Positions 11,862 through 22,200 of a stretch of 64,000 nucleotides of DNA are shown here, one piece after another. The position numbers were made by a program, and so were the translations under genes. The notes beneath the pieces are model-generated. The model saw nothing but the letters and a program-made list of their open reading frames with translations, did no database searches and had not been told where the DNA came from. The stretch spans positions 448,001 to 512,000 of the forward strand of contig CM000433.1 in NCBI GenBank assembly GCA_000165345.1, read 5' to 3'. Within the stretch, counting starts at the first letter, position 1. Every line of letters begins with the position of its first letter.

Positions 11862-13580
11862 CTATTTCCTCCTTCCTCTGAAGTTAGAGCCGCAGTTGAA
11901 TACTTTTCTCTTGGCATTAGAGGTGCCTGTAGTTCTATTTGTTTGCACTGCAGACCTGGAGTAGACTGCATTATTTTGATTTGACGCGAAACCGGCGTTG
12001 ATTTGATTACTAACTAGTCGATCATAGTTGTATTGCTGACCTTGTAGTAATTGGTTTGGGTTTCTGCATATAGGATCTTCTTGGAATAAGTGAGCGTGGA
12101 GCTGTAGGTTGTTCTGAAAGTGCTGATATTGTAAATTATGATTATGATAAGAATAGGCTTGATTAGGGATTTGCTGTTGCAAAACATTATGGTTGTGGAT
12201 ATTGAATTGATTAGGATGATGAAATTGGATTTGATTCTGTGGATACGGCCTATTATTTATTTGGTTAAAGTTATTATTTCGAGAAGTGAAGATTGGTCTA
12301 CTTTCTTGTTCGATTTCGACTACTTTATCTTTAACATTTGTTCGATTTAGAGAGCTTTTTGTAAACTCTAAAAGATAAGATATATTAAAAAGCTTATTGC
12401 TAGGGATAATAATGTTAGTTTTCAAGTATTGGTTTCTGTTGATTTGAGCTATAGAGTTAGAATCTTCTGGAAAAATGAGGAATTTGCTTTCTGTTGATGA
12501 AATCATATCTTTGATTTTGGATCCTTTAGAAAACATTGGAGCTTGCCTACCACAATTTACGTGGCCAGTTTGATTGCAATTCAAGCAAATACAAAGCTTA
12601 GAATTGTTGATTTGTATATCGAATTTCTTTCTTTTTGAAAAGCTGAACAAATTTTCAATTAGGTTTCTTTCAGTAAATATATTCTCCCTTTCCATTCTAG
12701 TTGGTAATAGTAGCTGTTGATTAAAGTAACCATATTTAGTATCACAATCTTTAATTTGGTGTCCTTTAAGTAAACATTTAAAACATCTATTAGCTTTACA
12801 GTTTTTAGCCTTTCTATCACATTTAGAAGACCCACAAAACTGGCATCTGCCACTGCTTGTACTTTTTTTAATTCCATTTGTTATTAAGTATAAATTAATT
12901 AAACCATCTCTTGCGTTTTGCTCACTATCAAAAGTACGTGAATAAAATCCCTTATTCTCAGATAAGCCCTTTAGAACTTCATTAATATGAGACAAACAAT
13001 TTTTTTCACTTACATCTTCATCATTAGATGGACTAGAAACATCTTTAACATGAGCAAAAACAACTTCCTGATCCGATTTTCCAGATTTGTTCAAATAAAA
13101 CCTAGATTCTAACATCTTCACATGTTTTGGAGGATTTTCGTATCTTAAAAAAGATGGCCATATATTTGGCCCCATTTCTTTATATAAGTTCCATAATTCC
13201 AAACTAACAATGCTTTCTAATTCACTATCCTGTAAATTCTTAATCTTTTCAATCGATTTACAATTACTTAACTCAAACTTTGAAATATCAAAATCCCAGT
13301 CATCTGAATCACCTTGAACATCATTTTGATGCTGATATTTAATACTCTGGTTATCTTCATAATCTTCGTCATCATCATTAATTTCTCCATCAGACTTTAT
13401 TTCAGACCTATATATGCTAGTTTTGGCATCATCGTCGCTCGTCTTTTGAGTACACTTTTCTGTTTCTGAACCGATTTTGTCAAACTCATATTCAAACCTG
13501 TTATCTTCTGCTTGATCCAAATCATGTTTCACCTCCTCTCCTTCAAGATCAATTGTAAATAGTTCTTCAACCTGCGTCAT
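11862..13580 (-). CDS. CCHC zinc-knuckle protein with an Asn/Gln-rich prion-like C-terminal region.
   Basis: ATG at 13580. It has two CX2CX4HX4C knuckles (CFKCLLKGHQIKDC and CLNCNQTGHVNC). The C-terminal ~150 aa are N/Q/H-rich. No RT, protease, or integrase sequence lies nearby. Confidence 0.7.
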   Translation of the reverse strand: MTQVEELFTIDLEGEEVKHDLDQAEDNRFEYEFDKIGSETEKCTQKTSDDDAKTSIYRSEIKSDGEINDDDEDYEDNQSIKYQHQNDVQGDSDDWDFDISKFELSNCKSIEKIKNLQDSELESIVSLELWNLYKEMGPNIWPSFLRYENPPKHVKMLESRFYLNKSGKSDQEVVFAHVKDVSSPSNDEDVSEKNCLSHINEVLKGLSENKGFYSRTFDSEQNARDGLINLYLITNGIKKSTSSGRCQFCGSSKCDRKAKNCKANRCFKCLLKGHQIKDCDTKYGYFNQQLLLPTRMERENIFTERNLIENLFSFSKRKKFDIQINNSKLCICLNCNQTGHVNCGRQAPMFSKGSKIKDMISSTESKFLIFPEDSNSIAQINRNQYLKTNIIIPSNKLFNISYLLEFTKSSLNRTNVKDKVVEIEQESRPIFTSRNNNFNQINNRPYPQNQIQFHHPNQFNIHNHNVLQQQIPNQAYSYHNHNLQYQHFQNNLQLHAHLFQEDPICRNPNQLLQGQQYNYDRLVSNQINAGFASNQNNAVYSRSAVQTNRTTGTSNAKRKVFNCGSNFRGRRK

Positions 13581-14633
13581 TTCTAATCTTCTTTTCAGTT
13601 TTTTTCACATATGAAAGTTCAGTGTTATAAAGTAGAAAAGTAAAGACGGAGATGTAACACAAAACTTAGCGTATTGTTTGTATATTAGTCAACCAAATTG
13701 AAAATTTCATCAACATAAAACGTTCTAGTGGCGTAATTGATTGTTAGTATTTAACAAGTTTAAACTATCCATACATAAATCTTTTGAATCCCAAATCCCT
13801 CCAGCAATAACTCTTAGAAAATACTGATTAGAAATAGTGACAACTTTATAATGTAGCGTATTAACAATTTCAAATAAATGGGTAAATGTTATTAATAGAT
13901 TTTAAGAACAAATGTTAAAATGGACACCTCCGCAAGTTATCTGAAGCACTAATTCTATTAGAAGCTGCTGAAAATAGCCTCAGTTTAAAAATACTCCTCT
14001 TACTCTGCATTAAAGATAAAGAAATGAATATGTAAGCTCTTAACGCAGTAATTTACACGTAGTTTTACTTCTAGCTACAGCTAAAAGAAATTTACCGTAT
14101 AGTTGCTATAACTTTTAAAGATTTACTATATTAAGAACCTTAGTGTGGTTTATTACTATAATATTTTTTTATTATAATATAATAATAAATCATTTTGATT
14201 AAATATTTTTTCAAATTAACTTTGGAAAATAGATGTGGCGCCAAATCTGGCCATTTAATATTATATACGGTATTTTTGTCTACGGAAAGCTAGTAATGAC
14301 TATTGAGGAGGGCTATGTAATATATCTAGTGCACTTTTTTTTTTACATTAAAGTTTTTTAAAATAGAGTACATACAAAACTTGAGATATTCATTTATGTT
14401 AATATCTCTTGAGCATTTTTCTAACCTTAGATAAAATAGATAGCAGAAATTGTATATAAGGGTAACAACAAAATATCTTAAATAAATTTGGATTGCACTC
14501 AATATAACAAAGCAATACTAAATTTATGTTGAATAAATACGTGAATTATAATAAATAATACATTTAAATGTAAAGTTTGTGCGCGAGTGTAACTTGAATT
14601 ATTCTCGAGAAATATTTGCAATTGTAATTAAGA

Positions 14634-15695
14634 ATGGATTTATTTTGGCATAAATTTACTTGTAGTATATTATTGCTTATATCTGCTATACTTGGATATT
14701 TCTTTCCAGCTAAGATTGATAATGATGAGAAGAATAAGGGACGTAAAAGCAAGATTCTTCCAATTATGACTGCTTTTGGAGCAGGAGCTTTTATTGCACT
14801 GGCACTTGTTCATCTCATTCCAGACGCAATAGAAGATTCAAGCTCTGGATTATTGTCTTTTAAAATAGCAGGCATTGAGGTTAATTGTGTTTGCCATTTA
14901 ATTTTGTTGGGTTTCTTATTTTCGATAATTTTTGAGAGTATTGCTGATGAGTATTTTGGGTCAAATGGAATACATGGTCATAGCCACACTAGGCATAACA
15001 CAGATTCTAATCATATGAAAGATAACATAAACTCCAATATGATGAGTACTAACGTCTCATCCGAGTATTCATCAGATGAAGATTCATGTATTATTGATAA
15101 ATTTGGCACAGATTTAACAGCTGGTAGGGAAAATTCATCGTTATGCATATCTGGTTCAATTAATAAAAACCCAACATTATCATCAAAGAAAGCCAGAGTA
15201 AATTTGGCAGAGAATGATAATGGATTGAAGGCAGAATTAGGCAAAAGCTCAGTTGGATTTGTTTTGGTTTGTGCATTATTCTTCCATTCTCTATTTGAAG
15301 GTATGGTTGTTGGAACTTCAAAAAGTATTATGGGCACTTGGATGATTACCTGCGTTATTTTTGCTCATAAGTGGATTGAAATTTTAATTGTATATATGAC
15401 TCTTATTTCAAAGGGCATTAACCCTTTGGCTTACATTATTATTCTTTCTTTTGGATCACCTTTAGGCGCAATGATTGGAGCCATTGTTATTATCTCAAAT
15501 TCAGTTGCATCAGCTGTTTGTTCAGCTCTTGCAGCAGGGACAATACTTTATGTTGCTTGTATTGAAGTTATACCAGATGTTTTTAATGACAAGCACTCAA
15601 TCCGCACTCTTATAAAGTTAGGATCTTTTGTTACTGGGATTCTAACTGTTTCTACGATTACCTTAGTTAGCGAAATAGTAGAGAATTCTTATTAA
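14634..15695 (+). CDS. ZIP-family (SLC39-like) metal/zinc transporter.
   Basis: ATG at 14634. It has multiple TM segments, a His-rich loop (GHSHTRHNTDSNH), and the ZIP signature 'FFHSLFEGMVVG' with a conserved H/E in the TM helix. Confidence 0.75.
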   Translation: MDLFWHKFTCSILLLISAILGYFFPAKIDNDEKNKGRKSKILPIMTAFGAGAFIALALVHLIPDAIEDSSSGLLSFKIAGIEVNCVCHLILLGFLFSIIFESIADEYFGSNGIHGHSHTRHNTDSNHMKDNINSNMMSTNVSSEYSSDEDSCIIDKFGTDLTAGRENSSLCISGSINKNPTLSSKKARVNLAENDNGLKAELGKSSVGFVLVCALFFHSLFEGMVVGTSKSIMGTWMITCVIFAHKWIEILIVYMTLISKGINPLAYIIILSFGSPLGAMIGAIVIISNSVASAVCSALAAGTILYVACIEVIPDVFNDKHSIRTLIKLGSFVTGILTVSTITLVSEIVENSY

Positions 15696-16013
15696 ACGTT
15701 AATGGTTCTTGGTTTAATTTTTTTGATTCTCTTTTGTTCAATTGGCCACTTCTAATAAATACGTTCTATTCAGAGTTGGCTCCTACTTTTACTTCAATTC
15801 AAATTTGTTTATTTAAAATTTAATCACTTAAAATTTTACAATCTCCCGCATCTTCTATGTAGCGTTTTCTTGCATGCATGCAACAATTAATTCATGTGGA
15901 CAAATAAATTAAGAGGGAAATAATTTAAAAGAATAAGAGGACAAATTAATGGCTTAATAAAAATTTATATTTATTTATGTAAAGTAGATTTTTGGACCCG
16001 AATTTTTTATATA

Positions 16014-16609
16014 ATGGTTTTGGGCGAAGTTTCTGGTTTATCAAAACCTCGTGTAAGTTTTCGAATAGCAGCTTCTTTGAAAGTAAAGCCAAACACGCAG
16101 GATGATGTTGACTAAATTTGAATTTGCTACATATTTAGATAGATGAATTGAGGCAATTCTTCAAGATTGTAGATAGAGATAAAGCAGGAAAAATTTCTGA
16201 AGAGAAGATAATACATATGTTAAATGCTATTGGGGTGCAATTAACAAAAAGAGATAAACTTGCAATTAAAGCAGGTAAGACTTTGACAATTTAAAGACGA
16301 ATTAATAATTCATGAAATTGAATTTCTATTTTAGAGTCCAACGAGAGAGGTCTTTACACTGTTGATGATTTAATTAGAATTGGTGAGGTTGTTTATAATG
16401 ACAGAGCTATTGCCAGGGATTTGGTGGAATCATTGCAATCAATCTCCAATGGAAAAGATACAATAAGTTCTGCCGAATTGAGAAAACATCTCTTAAACAT
16501 TGGGTCAATCATTAAATTAACACCAGAAGAAGTGAACTGTATACTAAGTGATATCGGCGAAAGTAACATAAACATCTATGATTTTGTGTCCTATTGTATT
16601 TCAGAATAA
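16014..16609 (+). CDS. EF-hand protein (calmodulin / myosin-light-chain-like). I predict 3 exons: 16014..16052, 16139..16274 and 16335..16609.
   Basis: The ORF track lists only the last 62 codons. Exon 2 encodes a canonical EF loop, 'DRDKAGKISEEK'. Intron 1 runs from GTAAGT to TATTTAG (86 nt). Intron 2 runs from AG|GTAAGA to TTTTAG (60 nt). Both preserve the frame with no internal stops. A GCATGCATGCA box sits about 140 bp upstream. Confidence 0.55.
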
Positions 16610-17592
16610 AACACATAGACAACGAAGGGAATAATCTAAAAACGCAATCAATCTTCCTAAATATAATGTAAAATCAGAAGATCCGTTTATTTGTCCTCAG
16701 CTATGCATACAGAGTACACATATGTAGGATCAGGTCTGTCCATTTTCGTCATTTTAAACATTATACTAAGTGTATTTTATGATTATGCGTTTAATATACT
16801 TAATTATATAATTTATATAAAGGTTTTTCTTTTTTTTTTTTTGAAAAATAGATTAATTCTTATTTAAACAAAATTAGTTCAAAAAGCTTTAAATATTCAT
16901 GTGAATCAATACATTATTTTAATAACTGTCATTTATCGGTAATATATACATTTGAATTTAAAGTTCAACTCAAAATATCCTGTTTTGGGAATAAATTTAA
17001 TTTTTTTTCATATTTGTTGAGAAGTGGTCATAATCGTTACAAATAGTCAGAAAGACGCTTAAAGTATTTGTCTCTGATACTTTATTAAATCATATTAATT
17101 AGACGTTAATAACATATGCAATTTTAATTTAGTAATAAATATCAACAAAAAATTAAGGCGGTATATTCTGGAATTTAAAATTTGTTTTCGATAATTTAAT
17201 GCATGACATATTAAGATGTCAACAAAAAATTATTTTCAAATAATAAAAGTGAATAAACAAACATAATAGTAATAAAATAATCTATTACAGAACTCTATAA
17301 TTTTTTTTCCAGTAAATCATTAATCAGTTGTATCGGATTATTATTATTTTTTTTACAAATTTAATTATTTATTAATTTATAATGTAAAATTTCTCCCCAC
17401 ATTTCTTGAATTGTAGTGCTAAATAGTATTTCAGAGATAATATTTATAAAAATATATGCCGGCACTTAATATTACGTAATTGCATGCAAATAAATAATAT
17501 TTTTTTAAAAATATGTTTATTTCAAGTAATGAGATTTTAGATAATTGTAAAAAATATAAAGAAAATGAAGCAGAATAGAAAATACTTTAATA

Positions 17593-18094
17593 ATGGCATT
17601 ATTATCTGACTTCATTGAAAAATCATACTTGAATATACTGAAAAATATTGATAACTTTGAATATTCAGAATGCAATGACCCACTAATAAAACAACAGAAA
17701 AGAGCAAATAATGAGTTGGAATCGTTACTTTTTGATCATGTAAGTTTCTTGGATGATTAAAAGAAATTTAATTGGCAAGTAAAACGAATATTAAGTGCCA
17801 TTAAATAATGATAGTAATAAATAATTGACTTTTAATTAATAGAAGAATAGTGGAGAAATCTTATCTAAAAAAGATTCAATTTTGGGTGAACTTGCTACTC
17901 TTAAAGAAGCTCAAGAAAAAAAATTATATCAAAGAAAAAAGAGTAAATATGTCAAAATAAATATGATAAAACATTTGATTAAAGGTGAGTTATTATATAT
18001 AATAAAGATTAAAGTTTAATAGACTTTACAAATTGCAGAGAATTTGGATTCTTTGAATATAATCAAGAGCAAATCTCAGAATATTAGGATTTAA
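17593..18094 (+). CDS. Hypothetical small coiled-coil protein of about 114 aa. I predict 3 exons: 17593..17739, 17843..17984 and 18039..18094.
   Basis: ATG at 17593. Exon 1 ends at the GTAAGT donor at 17740. Exon 2 is bounded by a TTAATAG acceptor and a GTGAGT donor. Exon 3 follows a TTGCAG acceptor. The frame is continuous to TAA at 18092-18094. CCGGCA and GCATGC motifs lie 110-130 bp upstream. I see no family homology; this is a pure gene-model inference. Confidence 0.35.
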
Positions 18095-18155
18095 ATACTG
18101 AAGACATAAATTTATATTAATCCTTCTTTGTTACTTTTTTAGTCATTTAAACTAT

Positions 18156-18530
18156 TTAATAGCCATAAAATCCTTCTTTTTGCATTAATTCAATATGACG
18201 TTCATTCTCCAAACTTAGCATGTTAATCGTTTTATCCATTAACTTTCTAGTCTTTATATCAATAAGCTTTGCCATGGAATATCTACTTATTAATTCGTCA
18301 TCTGTAGCATACCTAGGATTGAATGGCGTTTCATGAGAATATACATACATTCTAGTTTCATTATAAAGCTGATCCACTTCCTTTCTTGTATCATCCAAGT
18401 AATCATAAAGAGGTTCCTGCAAATAATTTGAGAGTCTATTCTTCAATTTAATTATTCCTGTATCAATTTTATGACGAAATTCTTTAATTTTCTTTAGATA
18501 TTCAATACTTTTTTCTTTTTCACTTAACAT
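18156..18530 (-). CDS. Hypothetical protein, 124 aa.
   Basis: ATG at 18530, a clean ORF with composition typical of the other genes. It is tail-to-tail with the 17593 gene. I recognise no motif. Confidence 0.45.
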   Translation of the reverse strand: MLSEKEKSIEYLKKIKEFRHKIDTGIIKLKNRLSNYLQEPLYDYLDDTRKEVDQLYNETRMYVYSHETPFNPRYATDDELISRYSMAKLIDIKTRKLMDKTINMLSLENERHIELMQKEGFYGY

Positions 18531-19229
18531 GTTTTTTTTGTTAGTTACCCACAGTAAATATGTTTAAAGCTTTAGTGATTATTTTTTTTCCTCGCTGCCT
18601 TTTCTTTCAATTTTGCATTTTAAACTCTTAATTTTGGGGTTGATGTAATTACATCAACCTTTTACTACTTTTGATACTAGAAAGATTCTCACCATGCATT
18701 AAATGACCTGTTAGGGCGGGAAATTTTAATCACAATTCACTGTAAGCACTAAGAGCAATATAATCAAGGATGACTAGTTTAAAGTAAACGAATAAAAAAA
18801 GATAATAAAAAAACAAAACATAAATATAAAAATGCATTATTACCTTTTGTGAGTGTTAAATTCAATAAAACATTTCGATAACTTATTCATAGATAAATTT
18901 TCGAATTTTAGATACTTGGCGGCATGTGTGTAAAATAACATGCAAAAAAATAATAATTTAATATATAAGAACTAAAGAAAATTTGACTAAAGTTGTTAGG
19001 CCAAATGGTTAATTTGTTTAGACTACAATGAAGTAGCTAATAATGTTTTTTTATAATTAATAGAGTAGAGAGCGTTTCTTTAATTGTAAATAATACAACT
19101 TTTATTAACCACTATTAAAGTACATAAGTTACCATTTTAATCTTCAAAATCTGCAAAAATTTACTGTTTTATTAACCAATTAGTTTAATTGTTTTCCATA
19201 AAGAATAAAAATAATCATTAATAGAGTTT

Positions 19230-22200
19230 TCAATTAGGTGCTTCTTTTTTTATTGGAATCGGAGGGCTTTTCTTTATAGGAGCAGGAGCAGTAGGAGCGT
19301 CTTTTTTCATAGGCGGCGCAGATGGTAAATCTTTTTTCATTGGTGGAGAAGTTGGTGCACCCTTTTTCATTGTTGGAGATAATGGAGCATCCTTTTTCGC
19401 AGGCGGTATAGCTGGGGCATCCTTAGCTGGAGAATCTGGAGCAGCTGGGGCATCTTTCTTCATTGGAGGTGCAGCAGGAGCGTCCTTCTTCATTGGTGGT
19501 ACAGCGGGAGCATCTTTTTTGGCTGGTGGAGGAGCTGGGGCATCCTTTGCTGGAGATTCTGGAGCTGGTGGAGCATCCTTCTTCATTGGAGGTGCAGCAG
19601 GAGCATCCTTCTTCATTGGAGGTGCAGCAGGAGCGTCCTTCTTCATTGGTGGTGCAGCAGGAGCGTCTTTTTTTGCCGGAGGAGCAGCTGGGATATCCTT
19701 TGCTGGAGATTCTGGAGGGACTGGAGCATCTTTCTTCATTGGAGGTGCAGCAGGAGCGTCCTTCTTCATTGGTGGAGGAGCTGGAGCGTCTTTTTTGGCT
19801 GGTGGAGAAGCAGGAGCATCCTTTGCTGGAGGAGCTGGGGCATCCTTCTTAGCTGGAGGGGCAACAGGAGCATCCTTTGCTGGAGGAGCTGGGGCATCCT
19901 TCTTAGCTGGAGGTGCAGCAGGAGCATCCTTCTTCATCGGTGGTGCAGCGGGAGCATCCTTTGCTGGAGATTCTGGAGCTGGGGCATCCTTCTTAGCTGG
20001 AGGTGCAGCAGGAGCGTCTTTTTTAGCTGGCGGAGCAGCTGGGGCATCCTTCTTAGCTGGAGGTGCAGCAGGAGCGTCTTTTTTAGCTGGCGGAGCAGCT
20101 GGGGTATCCTTCTTAGCTGGAGGTGCAGCAGGAGCGTCTTTTTTAGCTGGTGGAGCAGCAGGAGCATCTTTCTTAGCTGGTGGAGCAGCAGGAGCAGCCG
20201 GGGCATCTTTCTTCATTGGTGGAGCAGCAGGAGCGTCTTTTTTAGCTAACGGAGAAGCTGGGGCATCCTTTGCTGGAGATTCTGGAGCTGGCGGAGCATC
20301 TTTCTTCACTGGTGGAGCGGCAGGAGCGTCTTTTTTAGCTGGCGGAGCAGCAGGGGCATCCTTCTTAGCTGGAGGTGCAGCAGGAGCGTCTTTTTTAGCT
20401 GGTGGAGCAGCAGGAGCATCTTTCTTAGCTGGAGGAGCAGCAGGAGCAGCAGGAGCATCCTTCTTAGCTGGAGGAGCAGCAGGAACAGCTGGGGCATCCT
20501 TCTTCATTGGTGGAGCAGCAGGAGCATCTTTCTTAGCTGGAGGAGCAGTAGGAACAGCTGGGGCATCTTTCTTTAGTGGAGCGGTAGGAGCATCCTTTTT
20601 AGCCGGAGGAGCAGCTGGGGCATCCTTTGCTGGAGATTCTGGAGCTGGTGGAGCATCTTTCTTCATTGGAGGTGAAGCAGGAGCGTCCTTCTTCACTGGT
20701 GGAGCAGCAGGAACAGCCGGGGCATCCTTCTTAGCTGGAAGTGCAGCAGGAGCGTCTTTCTTCATTGGTGGTGCAGCGGGAGCGTCTTTTTTAGCTGGTG
20801 GTGGAACTGGGGCATCCTTTTTAGCTGGAGATTCTGGGGCTGGCGGGGCATCCTTTGCTGGAGGTGCAGCAGGAGCATCCTTCTTCATTGGAGGTGCAGC
20901 AGGAACGTCCTTCTTCATCGGTGGTGCAGCGGGAGCATCCTTCTTAGCTGGCGGAGCAGTAGGAACAGCCGGAGCATCTTTCTTCATTGGAGGCGCAGCA
21001 GGAGCATCCTTTTTAGCCGGAGGAGCAGCTGGGGCATCCTTCTTAGCTGGAGGTGCAGTAGGAACAGCTGGGGCATCCTTTTTAGCTGGCGGAGCAGCAG
21101 GAGCAGCAGGAGCATCCTTCTTTAGTGGTGCGGCAGGAGCAGCTGGGGCATCCTTTTTAGCTGGCGGAGCAGCAGGAGCAGCAGGAGCATCCTTCTTAGC
21201 TGGCGGAGCAGCAGGAGCAGCAGGAGCATCCTTCTTAGCTGGAGGAGTAGCAGGAACAGCTGGGGCATCCTTCTTCATTGGTGGAGCAGCAGGAGCATCT
21301 TTCTTAGCTGGAGGAGCAGCAGGAGTAGCAGGAGTAGCAGGAGCATCCTTCTTAGCTGGAGGAGTAGCAGGAACAGCTGGGGCATCCTTCTTCATTGGTG
21401 GAGCAGCAGGAGCATCTTTCTTAGCTGGAGGAGCAGTAGGAACAGCTGGGGCATCTTTCTTTAGTGGAGCGGTAGGAGCATCCTTCTTAGCCGGAGGAGC
21501 AGCTGGGGCATCCTTTGCTGGAGATTCTGGAGCTGGTGGAGCACCTTTCTTCATTGGAGGTGCAGCAGGAGCGTCCTTCTTCATCGGTGGTGCAGCGGGA
21601 GCATCCTTTGCTGGAGGAGTTGGGGCATCCTTCTTTAGTGGAGCAGCAGGAGCATCCTTCTTAGCTGGAGGAGCAGCGGGAGCATCCTTTTTAGCTGGTG
21701 GGGCAACAGGAGCAGCTGGGGCATCCTTCTTTAGAGGAGCAGCTGGGGCATCCTTCTTAGCTGGAGGAGCAGCAGGAGCAGCTGGGGCATCCTTTTTAGC
21801 TGGCGGAGCAGCAGGAGCAGCAGGAGCATCCTTCTTTAGCGGAGCAGCTGGGGCATCCTTCTTAGCTGGAGGAGCAGCAGGAGCAGCTGGGGCATCCTTC
21901 TTTAGTGGTGCGGCAGGAGCAGCTGGGGCATCCTTTTTAGCTGGCGGAGCAGCAGGAGCAGCAGGAGCATCCTTCTTTAGCGGAGCAGCAGGGGCATCCT
22001 TCTTAGCTGGAGGAGCAGCAGGAGCAGCTGGGGCATCCTTTTTAGCTGGAGGAGCAGCAGGAGCAGCTGGGGCATCCTTTTTAGCTGGAGGAGCAGCAGG
22101 AGCAGCAGGAGCATCCTTCTTTAGCGGAGCAGCAGGGGCATCCTTCTTAGCTGGAGGAGCAGCAGGAGCAGCAGGAGCAGCAGGGGCATCCTTTTTAGCT

